DNA of 64,000 nt from Armatimonadota bacterium (GTDB lineage Bacteria > Armatimonadota > SYMT01), in NCBI GenBank assembly GCA_046292385.1, contig JBKBRF010000011.1, positions 1-64,000 of the forward strand. Direction: 5' to 3'. Position 1 is the stretch's first letter; every line of letters begins with the position of its first letter. Under the pieces are notes generated by a model that was not told where the DNA came from, did no database searches, and saw only the letters and a list, made by a program, of their open reading frames with translations. The position numbers and the translations under genes are program-made. Shown here one piece after another: positions 40,097 through 47,970 of the stretch.

Positions 40097-41061
40097 GCGT
40101 TCTCTTCTCCCTGCTCCGGCGGCTGCAGGTAGCGGGCGAACTGGATCCACGCCGGCTGCCGCTCAAACCCCAGCGCGATGTTGATGCCGAGCATCCCCTC
40201 GTTCCCCTGCTCGTTCCAGGTCTTCACCACGGGGCACCCGCACCTCTTAGCATAGTCGAGCGCGCGCAGCTTCATCGCCCGCGCGATGCCTTTCCGGCGG
40301 TATTCCCGCCGCACGCCGGTGAGGCCGGTGTAGAGATCCGCGTTCCCCTGGCTGCCCCAGAGCGCGGTCAGTCCCACGTACTCGTCGCCGTGTACCGCCA
40401 CGATGTAGGCGTCCGGCCGGAGCCCGGGATCACCGTGGAACCGCTTGCGCCACTGCTCGAACTCTGTCCTGGAGAGCGGCTGGGTGTGCGGCACGTCCTG
40501 CAGCAGGACCCAGTCGAGCTCGTAGAGCTTGCGCTCGTGGTCGGGGTCGTCCTGCAGCTCCCGCAGGCTGCGGATCTCGATCCCGTGGGCGCGGACCTGC
40601 GCCGCCGCCTCTTCGACGCCGCGCGACTCGTACCGGTCCATGAAGAGCCGGCTCTCCCATTCGCGCTGCTCTGCCACGAAGCCGCGGTCCTGGAGGAACC
40701 GGACCGTCCGGGAGTAGTCCTCGCGGGCATTGGCGAGCAGCACGATCGGGTTTCGCTCCGCGAGCGCTCCCACCACGTGATCGTAGAGCGCCCTGCCGAT
40801 GCCCTGGCCCTGGCGCTCCGGGAGCACGGAGATGTCGAGCACGAACTTCCGCGGGTGGTACATCCAGGCCCACTGGCCGTACTTCCCCGCGCCGATGAGG
40901 CGCCCGTCCTCCTCCCAGACCCAGCGCGCGGAGAGGCACTTGGGGTCCTGGCGCGCGTCGTGGAGCCGGATCTCGTCTCCGGTAGTGGGATAGTCCGGCA
41001 TCACGGCGCACGTCAGCGCCGCGAGGGCCTCGTAGTCTTCGGGCGTAAAGGCGCGGATCAC
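40093..41061 (-). CDS. Tandem GNAT N-acetyltransferase
   Basis: VLPERQGQGIG and TGVRREYRRKGIARAMK acetyl-CoA motifs; N..ML.IN..LGF. Confidence 0.9.
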   Translation of the reverse strand: MIRAFTPEDYEALAALTCAVMPDYPTTGDEIRLHDARQDPKCLSARWVWEEDGRLIGAGKYGQWAWMYHPRKFVLDISVLPERQGQGIGRALYDHVVGALAERNPIVLLANAREDYSRTVRFLQDRGFVAEQREWESRLFMDRYESRGVEEAAAQVRAHGIEIRSLRELQDDPDHERKLYELDWVLLQDVPHTQPLSRTEFEQWRKRFHGDPGLRPDAYIVAVHGDEYVGLTALWGSQGNADLYTGLTGVRREYRRKGIARAMKLRALDYAKRCGCPVVKTWNEQGNEGMLGINIALGFERQPAWIQFARYLQPPEQGEENA

Positions 41062-41128
41062 TGGAGCAGCCTCCCGCCCCAGTGTAGCCGCCCGCCGGCC
41101 ACAAAGCAAGGTGCCGTGCGCTTCCGTG

Positions 41129-42316
41129 CTACTCGAAGACCAGCGGGTTCGCCTCCTTCAGGTTGCCGACGCGGACGTGACCCTTTCCATCCAGAAGATC
41201 GAGGAGCGGGCCGCCGAGGATCTCCCCTCGCCAGCCCTCCAGCAGCGGTGGCTTCTCTTCCGTCAGGCCGAGGCGCCAGCGGACCAGCTCCTGCAGGTCC
41301 GAGGTGGTGGCGAGGAGCGCGGGGTCGACCTGGTGCTGCTGCGAGAGCGCGCCGGTGGCGACGGAGAGGAGCTGCTGGAGCACCTGCACCTGCGGGGGAT
41401 CGTCGCGCCGCAGCAGCTTGGGCAGCTCCTGATCCGGAAGCTTCAGCGCCGTCTGGACCGCGCCGACGATAGCGGAGCCGGCGGAACGAACCGCCCCTCG
41501 CTCCAGCCCGCGGAGCGCGAAGAGGTCCGCGGTGGTGGCCGGCTTCCGCTTCGCGATCTCTACCAGCATCTCGTCCTTGAGCACGCGCCGCGGCGGGAGG
41601 TCGCCCGCCCGCGCTTCCTGGTCCCGCCAGCGCCACAGCTCCCGCAGCACCGCCAGCTCCCGCGGGCGGAGGTTGCCGCCGCCGGAAACCTTCCACCAGC
41701 GTTCCTCCCGCTCCGCGGCGACGATCCGCTCTACCAGGTTCCGGCACTCATCCCGGATCCACTCCGTCCGGCCCAGCGCCTCCGCCCGCTTCAGCAGCTC
41801 GTTCCTCACGGCGAGAAGATAGCGGACGTCGTCCGCCGCGTACTCCATCTGCCGCTCGGTCAACGGGCGGCGGCGCCAGTCGGTAAACGACTCCCCACCC
41901 GCCACGCGCACGCCCAGCACCTGCCGCACCAAATTGGTGTGGCTCAGCGGATACCCGTACCCCACCAGCGCCGCGGCGGTCTGGGGATCGAAGAGCGGGT
42001 CCGGGACGCGGCCGGCGTAGCGGAGGCAGAACCGGAGCTCCTCGCGCGGCGCCAGGGCGATCACCTCGCGGCCCGGCTCCGTGAGCAGCTGCCAGAGTGC
42101 GGAGAGGTCGTTGACCGCGAGCGGGTCGACGATCCAGATTCCGTCTTCGGTCGCCACCTGCGCCAGGCAAAGAATCGGCTGGTAAGAGCCCTCGCCCACG
42201 AATTCCGTATCAACCGCCACCAGCTCCCGGCTTCGCACCGCCGAGAGCACCTCGTCCAACTGCCGCCCCGACTGGACGTACCGCACCTCACCCGCCGCTT
42301 CTCGCTCGCTGCCCAT
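41129..42316 (-). CDS. rnd: Ribonuclease D (DEDD exonuclease + HRDC)
   Basis: VAVDTEF, LCLAQVA, FDPQTAA, TDWRRRPL, YAADDV, HRDC WRDQEARAGDLPP. The start may be GTG 42286. Confidence 0.92.
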   Translation of the reverse strand: MGSEREAAGEVRYVQSGRQLDEVLSAVRSRELVAVDTEFVGEGSYQPILCLAQVATEDGIWIVDPLAVNDLSALWQLLTEPGREVIALAPREELRFCLRYAGRVPDPLFDPQTAAALVGYGYPLSHTNLVRQVLGVRVAGGESFTDWRRRPLTERQMEYAADDVRYLLAVRNELLKRAEALGRTEWIRDECRNLVERIVAAEREERWWKVSGGGNLRPRELAVLRELWRWRDQEARAGDLPPRRVLKDEMLVEIAKRKPATTADLFALRGLERGAVRSAGSAIVGAVQTALKLPDQELPKLLRRDDPPQVQVLQQLLSVATGALSQQHQVDPALLATTSDLQELVRWRLGLTEEKPPLLEGWRGEILGGPLLDLLDGKGHVRVGNLKEANPLVFE

Positions 42317-42506
42317 ACTCGCTCCGCTCCCGCCTCAAGCCCCTCTAAACAGCAGTATTTACCCCAAACGCCATCGCGTACCCGCCGCATAGGTTGCACC
42401 CTTCCCCTTTCGCCTCCTTGCTCGACTCCCGCGCTCGCCCATCTCCAGGCCCCACGCACAGCTTCCCGGCAGGGGCCCCCAAGCCCCGCGTGATACAATG
42501 CCGGGG

Positions 42507-43142
42507 ATGAAGATCGAGCGCTGGACCGGACCGCCCGTCGAGACGCACACCTACCTCGTTGCCAATTCGGCGTCCGGGGAAGCGTGGGCCGTCGACGCGC
42601 CGCTGCAGACCGCCGGTGCGCTTCTGGAGCACGTGCGGGCGCAGGGCCTCCGGCTCACCCGGCTGATCCTCACGCACGGCCACTTCGACCACATCCTCGA
42701 CGTAGAGCAGTACACGCAGGCCGGAGTGCCGGTCGCCATCTGCCCCCTCGAAAAACCGCTGCTGGAGGCGCCGCAGACCTCGCTGTTCGGCCTGCCGTAC
42801 CCGATGCCGCAGGTGCGGATCGACGAGGAGCTGGGCGAGGGGATGGTGCTCCGGCTCGGCGCGGACGAGTGGCAGGTCTGGCACGTGCCCGGTCACTCTC
42901 CCGGACACGTCATCCTTTACAGCCCCGCGCAGGCGACGATCCTGGGCGGCGACCTACTGTTTCAGAACGGCTACGGGCGCGTCGACCTCCCGGGGTCCGA
43001 CCCGCGCCAGATGGCGGCGAGCCTGCGCCGCCTGCTCGACCTTCCCAAAGATACTCGCGTCTTGCCCGGTCACGGTCCGGAGACCACGCTCCGGCAGGAG
43101 CGCCCGTGGCTGAAAGACCTGACCGCAGGAACACTCCCGTGA
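42507..43142 (+). CDS. MBL-fold metallo-hydrolase (glyoxalase II-like)
   Basis: LTHGHFDH, PGHSPG, GDLLF..GRVDLPG, PGHG; a TGnTACAAT extended -10 favours ATG 42507 over 42498. Confidence 0.92.
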   Translation: MKIERWTGPPVETHTYLVANSASGEAWAVDAPLQTAGALLEHVRAQGLRLTRLILTHGHFDHILDVEQYTQAGVPVAICPLEKPLLEAPQTSLFGLPYPMPQVRIDEELGEGMVLRLGADEWQVWHVPGHSPGHVILYSPAQATILGGDLLFQNGYGRVDLPGSDPRQMAASLRRLLDLPKDTRVLPGHGPETTLRQERPWLKDLTAGTLP

Positions 43143-43966
43143 AGATCACTCTCGGACACAGTCCCGATTCGGACGACGCGTTCATGTTCTACGGCCTCGC
43201 CCGCCACCTGGTGGACGAGGAAGGCTACGAGTTCGAGCACATCCTGCGGGACATCGAGACGCTGAACCGCTGGTCGCTCGAGGGTCGCCTCCACTGCACC
43301 GCCGTCTCCGTGCACGGCTACGCCTACGTGGCGGACCACTACGCGGTCATGACCCACGGCGCGAGCATGGGAGACGGCTACGGGCCGATGATCGTCGCCC
43401 GCGAGGAGCTCTCCCGCAGCGCGCTGAAGGAGCTGAAGATCGCGGTCCCCGGCACGCTCACCAGCGCGTTCCTGGCGCTGCGCCTCTGGCTGGGCGAGTT
43501 CGACTACGAGGTGGTGCCGTTCGACCGGATTATGGAAGCGGTCCACGCCGGCGACTTCGCCGCGGGCCTGCTGATCCACGAAGGGCAGCTCACCCACGGA
43601 GAGTTGGGGCTGCGGACCCTGGTCGACCTGGGGCGCTGGTGGAAGGACGACACCGGCCTGCCGCTGCCGCTGGGGGTCAACGTGATCCGCAGGGACCTTG
43701 GCCCGGAGCGGATGAAGCAGATCTCCCGCATCCTGCGCCGCAGCATCGCCTACGGCCTGGAGCACCGCCAGGCAGGGATCGACCACGCGCAGCAGTACGC
43801 CCGCGGCATGGAGCGCTCCGTTACCGACACGTTCGTCGGGATGTACGTCAACGACTGGACGCTCGACATGGGCGAAGCGGGCCAGGAGAGCATCCGTCTC
43901 TTCCTGAAGCGCGGCTACGAGCACGGCATCATCAGCGTGGAGCCGAAGATCGAGTTCGTCGATTAG
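43139..43966 (+). CDS. mqnD: MqnA/MqnD family protein, probable 1,4-dihydroxy-6-naphthoate synthase
   Basis: GHSPDSDDAFMFY, DIETLN, GYGP, IIHEG-like LIHEGQLT, LPLPLG, MYVN; GTGA coupling. Confidence 0.88.
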   Translation: MKITLGHSPDSDDAFMFYGLARHLVDEEGYEFEHILRDIETLNRWSLEGRLHCTAVSVHGYAYVADHYAVMTHGASMGDGYGPMIVAREELSRSALKELKIAVPGTLTSAFLALRLWLGEFDYEVVPFDRIMEAVHAGDFAAGLLIHEGQLTHGELGLRTLVDLGRWWKDDTGLPLPLGVNVIRRDLGPERMKQISRILRRSIAYGLEHRQAGIDHAQQYARGMERSVTDTFVGMYVNDWTLDMGEAGQESIRLFLKRGYEHGIISVEPKIEFVD

Positions 43967-44052
43967 GGTTGCAGGTTTGCAAGTTCCAGGTTAGCAAGTT
44001 CCGAACCCCCTCCCTCGGTCAGCTAACCTGGAGCTTGCCACTTGATAACCTG
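43967..44052. repeat. Short-tandem-repeat hairpin (CAGGTT)n / (AACCTG)n between convergent genes
   Basis: ggttgcaggtttgcaagttccaggttagcaagtt ... taacctggagcttgccaacttgataacctg. Confidence 0.65.
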
Positions 44053-44056
44053 CCGA

Positions 44057-44521
44057 CTACCGCCGCGGGCGTGCCGTCCTGGCGACCGTCTTCCACGTGA
44101 TCGGCAGCGCACTCTTCTTTACCGCGACGTAGTGGTACGGATAAGTCAGGATCTGTGCCGCGATCGCGCCGGGCGGCGGGGTGGTCTCGACCACCGTCAC
44201 TACCAGCTTCCCCTTCTCCTCGCGGGCGCCGGTGATCTCGATCGTATAGCCGGCGGTGTTCTTCTGTCCGGCGAACGCGGCGAGGACCATCTCGCGGGAG
44301 AAGTCGACGGCCGGCGGGGCGGGCGGCGGCTCCGTGTTCGGACCGCGCCGGAACTGCCGGTTCCAGAGCTTCACGTACTGCTCGCGGGTGGCGGCGCTCT
44401 CCCGCAAGGGCTTCTCCACCGCCGACTGGCTCCCGCGGCGCAGCGTCCGCACCCCGGACGTCTCCGCCGCCAGCGCGCCCGCCGCCAGGCAGAGCCCCAA
44501 CCCGATTGCTGCCGCCCGCAT
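44057..44521 (-). CDS. PrcB C-terminal domain secreted protein
   Basis: Signal peptide; PAVDFSREMVLAAFAGQKNTAGYTIEI..PPPG...QILTYPYH. Confidence 0.85.
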   Translation of the reverse strand: MRAAAIGLGLCLAAGALAAETSGVRTLRRGSQSAVEKPLRESAATREQYVKLWNRQFRRGPNTEPPPAPPAVDFSREMVLAAFAGQKNTAGYTIEITGAREEKGKLVVTVVETTPPPGAIAAQILTYPYHYVAVKKSALPITWKTVARTARPRR

Positions 44522-44665
44522 CCTCGTCCCTCCCCGGGGTCGCTCCCCATCGGGAGTCTACCCGGTCGCCGCCCGTCCGCCGACGAAGGTGCGGCGGGTG
44601 GGTACGATGGAACGGCGGAAAAAGAGTGGGCTCGAAACGCAGGGTCTGGCAAGGATGGTGCGACG

Positions 44666-45805
44666 GTGAAGATTGCGATGTGGACGAGCAGCGAGGAGCG
44701 GTGCGGCATCGCCTCCTACACCGCCTGCCTGGCCGGCGAGCTGCGGCAGCTGGGGGTGGAGGTGGAGCTCGTCCCGGTGCCGTACACCGACCGTGACCCG
44801 GGGCGCATGGAGGAGCGGCTCGCCCGCCTGAACGCCGCGGACCTGGTCCACCTGCAGCACGAGTACACCTTCTTCGGCGGGATCGCGCCGCGGGTCTCCT
44901 CCCTCCCCAACTATCTCGCCCGTCTGCGACGCCCGCACGTGGTGACCGCGCACACCGTCTTCACCGCCGCGGAGCTGCTGCGGGTGGAGACGGAGCACCG
45001 GCCCCGCCAGCGGATCGCGAAGCGGATTCTCTCCGCCCTACCGCCGTATCGCGCCAGCGTGGAGCGCGACCCGTTCGCCCGCGCCGATGCGGTGATCGTC
45101 CACACCGCGGCCGCGCGCGAGCGGATGCTTCAGCGGGGAATTCCGGCCGACCGCGTCCACGTGCTGCCGGCCGGCGTCCCCCACCCCGACGAAGCGGCGA
45201 TGGAGCCGGAGCGGGTCTCCGCTTTCCGGCAGCGGCTGGGCCTGAACGGCGCGCGAGTCGCGACAATCTTCGGCTTCGTCCACCAGGACAAGGGCTACGA
45301 GATCGCGCTCGCGGCGCTGAAGGGACTTCCGGCCGGGGTCAAGCTGGTCATCGCGGGCGGCACGCGGGTGGAGCACGAGCGCGGCTACATGGAGCAGCTT
45401 CAGCAGCGGATCCGGGACGAGGGGCTGGCGGAGAGAGTCGTCATCACCGGCTACCTCTCCGAGCCGGAGGTCTCCACCGTGATGGCGCTCACCGACGTCG
45501 TCCTCGTCCCCCACACCGCCGCCAACGGCAGCTACTCCGTCATGATCGGCCTGAGCCACGGCAAGCCGGTCCTCGCCTCCGACCTCCCCTGTTTCCGGGA
45601 GATCCACGAGCGAGGCGGCGGCGCGGAGCTATTCGACCCCGGCGACGAGCGCGCCCTCGCCGAGCGCCTCGGCTACCTGCTCGCCTCCCACTCCGCCCGC
45701 ACCCAGCTAGGGAAAAAAGCCGCCGCCTTCGCCCAGGAGCAAAGCTGGTCCGCCGTAGCCGAGCGCACGCGGCAGATCTACGAGCAGGTGCTGCGGGGAA
45801 CCTGA
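44666..45805 (+). CDS. Glycosyltransferase family 4
   Basis: CGIASYT, HLQHEY, FGFVHQDKG, GKPVLASD, SWSAVA; GTG start. Confidence 0.9.
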   Translation: MKIAMWTSSEERCGIASYTACLAGELRQLGVEVELVPVPYTDRDPGRMEERLARLNAADLVHLQHEYTFFGGIAPRVSSLPNYLARLRRPHVVTAHTVFTAAELLRVETEHRPRQRIAKRILSALPPYRASVERDPFARADAVIVHTAAARERMLQRGIPADRVHVLPAGVPHPDEAAMEPERVSAFRQRLGLNGARVATIFGFVHQDKGYEIALAALKGLPAGVKLVIAGGTRVEHERGYMEQLQQRIRDEGLAERVVITGYLSEPEVSTVMALTDVVLVPHTAANGSYSVMIGLSHGKPVLASDLPCFREIHERGGGAELFDPGDERALAERLGYLLASHSARTQLGKKAAAFAQEQSWSAVAERTRQIYEQVLRGT

Positions 45806-46022
45806 TTCACCGCAGAGACGCGGAGAGCGCGGAGAAAACCGGAACCGGAGGAATGGGCCGGGGCCGCTGAACAAATTCGGTACAGCGGCCCCGGGGTTTG
45901 TCCCTTTCGGTTCCTCTTTGCGTTCTTGGCGTCTTGGCGGTGAATCAGGTTCGGGTTCTCTCCGCGCCCTCTGCGTCTCTGCGGTGAATCAGGTTCGAAA
46001 TCTCTGTGTGCTCTGTGGTGAA
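45806..46022. repeat. Inverted array of TTCACCGCAGAGACGC-type repeats between convergent genes
   Basis: ttcaccgcagagacgcggagagcgcggaga versus tctccgcgccctctgcgtctctgcggtgaa, plus two more ...gtgaa units and an internal ggggccgctg/cagcggcccc hairpin. Confidence 0.75.
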
Positions 46023-46036
46023 ATCAGGTCCGGACT

Positions 46037-47668
46037 TCACCTCAGCCGGATGCGCCGCTTCACCGCTTCCGGGGCGTCAATCTCGGTCTTGATCGTGTTG
46101 CTGGAGCGCTCGTGGCGGACCTTGAGGAGGCCGTGCGGCGTGGGGAGGCTCCCCTCCGCGAAGGCGAGGTCGCCGAGGGTCGGCTCCACGCGGATCGATT
46201 CGTAGCCGGGTGAGGCGGGGCCGAGGCCGAGGACGTGCTCCGTCAGCCACGCCGTGGGACCCGCCGCCCAGCCGTGGCAGAGGCTGTGGCGCAGGCCGAC
46301 ATAGCAGTAGTCGCCGTAGTCGGCGTGGAGGTCCTTCTTGCCGGGCGGGGTGATCTCGTCGATGCGGCCCGCGCCTTCCAGCCACTCCAGCTCGAAGCCT
46401 TCCCAGAAGCTCGTGGCGCCCGCGTCGAGCATGCCGCCCCAGTAGTTGCGGATCAGGTCGAGCGCGCCCTGGTGGTCGCCCGCGCGGGCCCGCGCTTCCA
46501 GGATGTAGTAGCCGTAGAAGGTGGAGAGCGCGGAGTTGGGGTTGACGGAGAGGATGGTCCGGTTGACCTCCCCCGCGTCCGCCATCCCGGCCAGGACCAG
46601 CAGCGCGTTCGCCTGCTTGCTGGGAGACGGCGGCCGCAGGTGCCCGGCGGCGCGGGCGGCGACGGTGCGGGACTGCGCCGCCGCGTCCTTCTCCTCCAGC
46701 ACGTCGCACAGCTCCGCGCCGGCCCGCAGCGCCATCACGGTGAGCGCCTGGAGGCCGGCGTCGATCGCCGTCGGGTCGCGGCTGGTGGGCCACTCCAGGA
46801 AGCGGTGGCCGCTCAGGTTCTCCTTGCCCTTATCGTCCACACTGTTCCGCACCTGCTCCAGCAGGCCGAGGAGGTAGGCCCGCTGCGCGCGGAGGTACGG
46901 CACGTCGCCCCAGTAGCGGTACCAGTCCCGGTGGCAGAGGATCCACCAGAGCGAGTAGGAGCCGATGCCGTTCATCCAGCCGGGGAGCGGGGTGCGGTCG
47001 CGGACGTAGTCGAGGCTCTCGGGGACGATCGAGTGCCCGCCGAAGACGGTGCTGATCACCATCTGCTCGGGGTGGAGGTCGCCGATCCAGACGAGGCGGT
47101 CGCGCTTGATGCCGTCCCAGACGTGGTCCTGCATGCAGAGGTGGACGGTGTACGCGCCGGTGTCCCAGATCCGGTTCAGCCGCGGATCGCTGCAGCGGAA
47201 GCTACCCTGGTACTCCAGCGGCCGGTAGAGGAAGACCGCCAGCGCCTTCTCCAGGGTGACGGTGGTGTCCGGCTCCAGCAGATCGATCCGCGCGAAGCGG
47301 AAGCCGGTGTTGCCGACCTCCGTGTGCCCCATCCAGGGAACGAGCACCTCGTGATCGTGGATCGTGTGGTCCTGGTTCGGCGTGCCCATCGCCTCCGCGA
47401 CCGACTCCCCGAAGCGGATCCGGAAGCGCGCCGGCTTACCGGAGCTGTTGGTCGGCACCTCCAGGCGCAGCCCGCCGTGCAGCTCCCGGCCGAAGTCGAG
47501 CAGGATGCTGGAGGTCTGCCCGTCTTTCGCCGGCTGCAGCACGCAGGTGTGCCGGTCGTCCGTGAGCAGGTGCTCCGGCGTCCGCGCGCCGGGGGTGGAC
47601 CAGACGATCCGCGTGGGCAGCACGAAGCGCCGCTCGCGAGGGTCTAACTTGCCGGGAGGAAATGCCAT
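46037..47668 (-). CDS. GH78 alpha-L-rhamnosidase (short form, no signal peptide)
   Basis: LDFGRELHG, WDGIKRDRLVWIGD, GATSFWE, SLCHGWAAGP. Confidence 0.9.
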   Translation of the reverse strand: MAFPPGKLDPRERRFVLPTRIVWSTPGARTPEHLLTDDRHTCVLQPAKDGQTSSILLDFGRELHGGLRLEVPTNSSGKPARFRIRFGESVAEAMGTPNQDHTIHDHEVLVPWMGHTEVGNTGFRFARIDLLEPDTTVTLEKALAVFLYRPLEYQGSFRCSDPRLNRIWDTGAYTVHLCMQDHVWDGIKRDRLVWIGDLHPEQMVISTVFGGHSIVPESLDYVRDRTPLPGWMNGIGSYSLWWILCHRDWYRYWGDVPYLRAQRAYLLGLLEQVRNSVDDKGKENLSGHRFLEWPTSRDPTAIDAGLQALTVMALRAGAELCDVLEEKDAAAQSRTVAARAAGHLRPPSPSKQANALLVLAGMADAGEVNRTILSVNPNSALSTFYGYYILEARARAGDHQGALDLIRNYWGGMLDAGATSFWEGFELEWLEGAGRIDEITPPGKKDLHADYGDYCYVGLRHSLCHGWAAGPTAWLTEHVLGLGPASPGYESIRVEPTLGDLAFAEGSLPTPHGLLKVRHERSSNTIKTEIDAPEAVKRRIRLR

Positions 47669-47970
47669 GGGTCGTGTCCGTCGTGGCGGGAGAAGAACTC
47701 GCCGCCCTCACATTCGCGCTCGGGAGGTGAACCTCCTGTGTAGGCTGAGGAAGGGGAACCCGGACCTTAAAGGGGATATGGGGATGTGAACTGGGGATGG
47801 GGGGATGGGCGCCCGAGGACGGAGTGCAGAGGACGGAGTGCAGAGTCCGAACGTTTCGGCTCCGCAGCCTGCCGACCGTCCACGGCTCCTACTCATTCTC
47901 ATTCTCTTTCTCCTTCTCTTTCTCGTAGTCGTTCCGGCGCCAGCCTCACTCCGGCGCCCCCACCCTAACC

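Noticed and set aside
45806..46022. Repeated ...gtgaatcaggttc units as a CRISPR array
   Set aside because: Units are degenerate, partly inverted and irregularly spaced, the intervening sequences resemble each other, and there are no cas genes.
47708..47737. AGGAGG followed by ATG-TGA upstream of the short GH78 as a regulatory mini-ORF
   Set aside because: The SD-to-ATG distance is too long and it cannot be told apart from chance.
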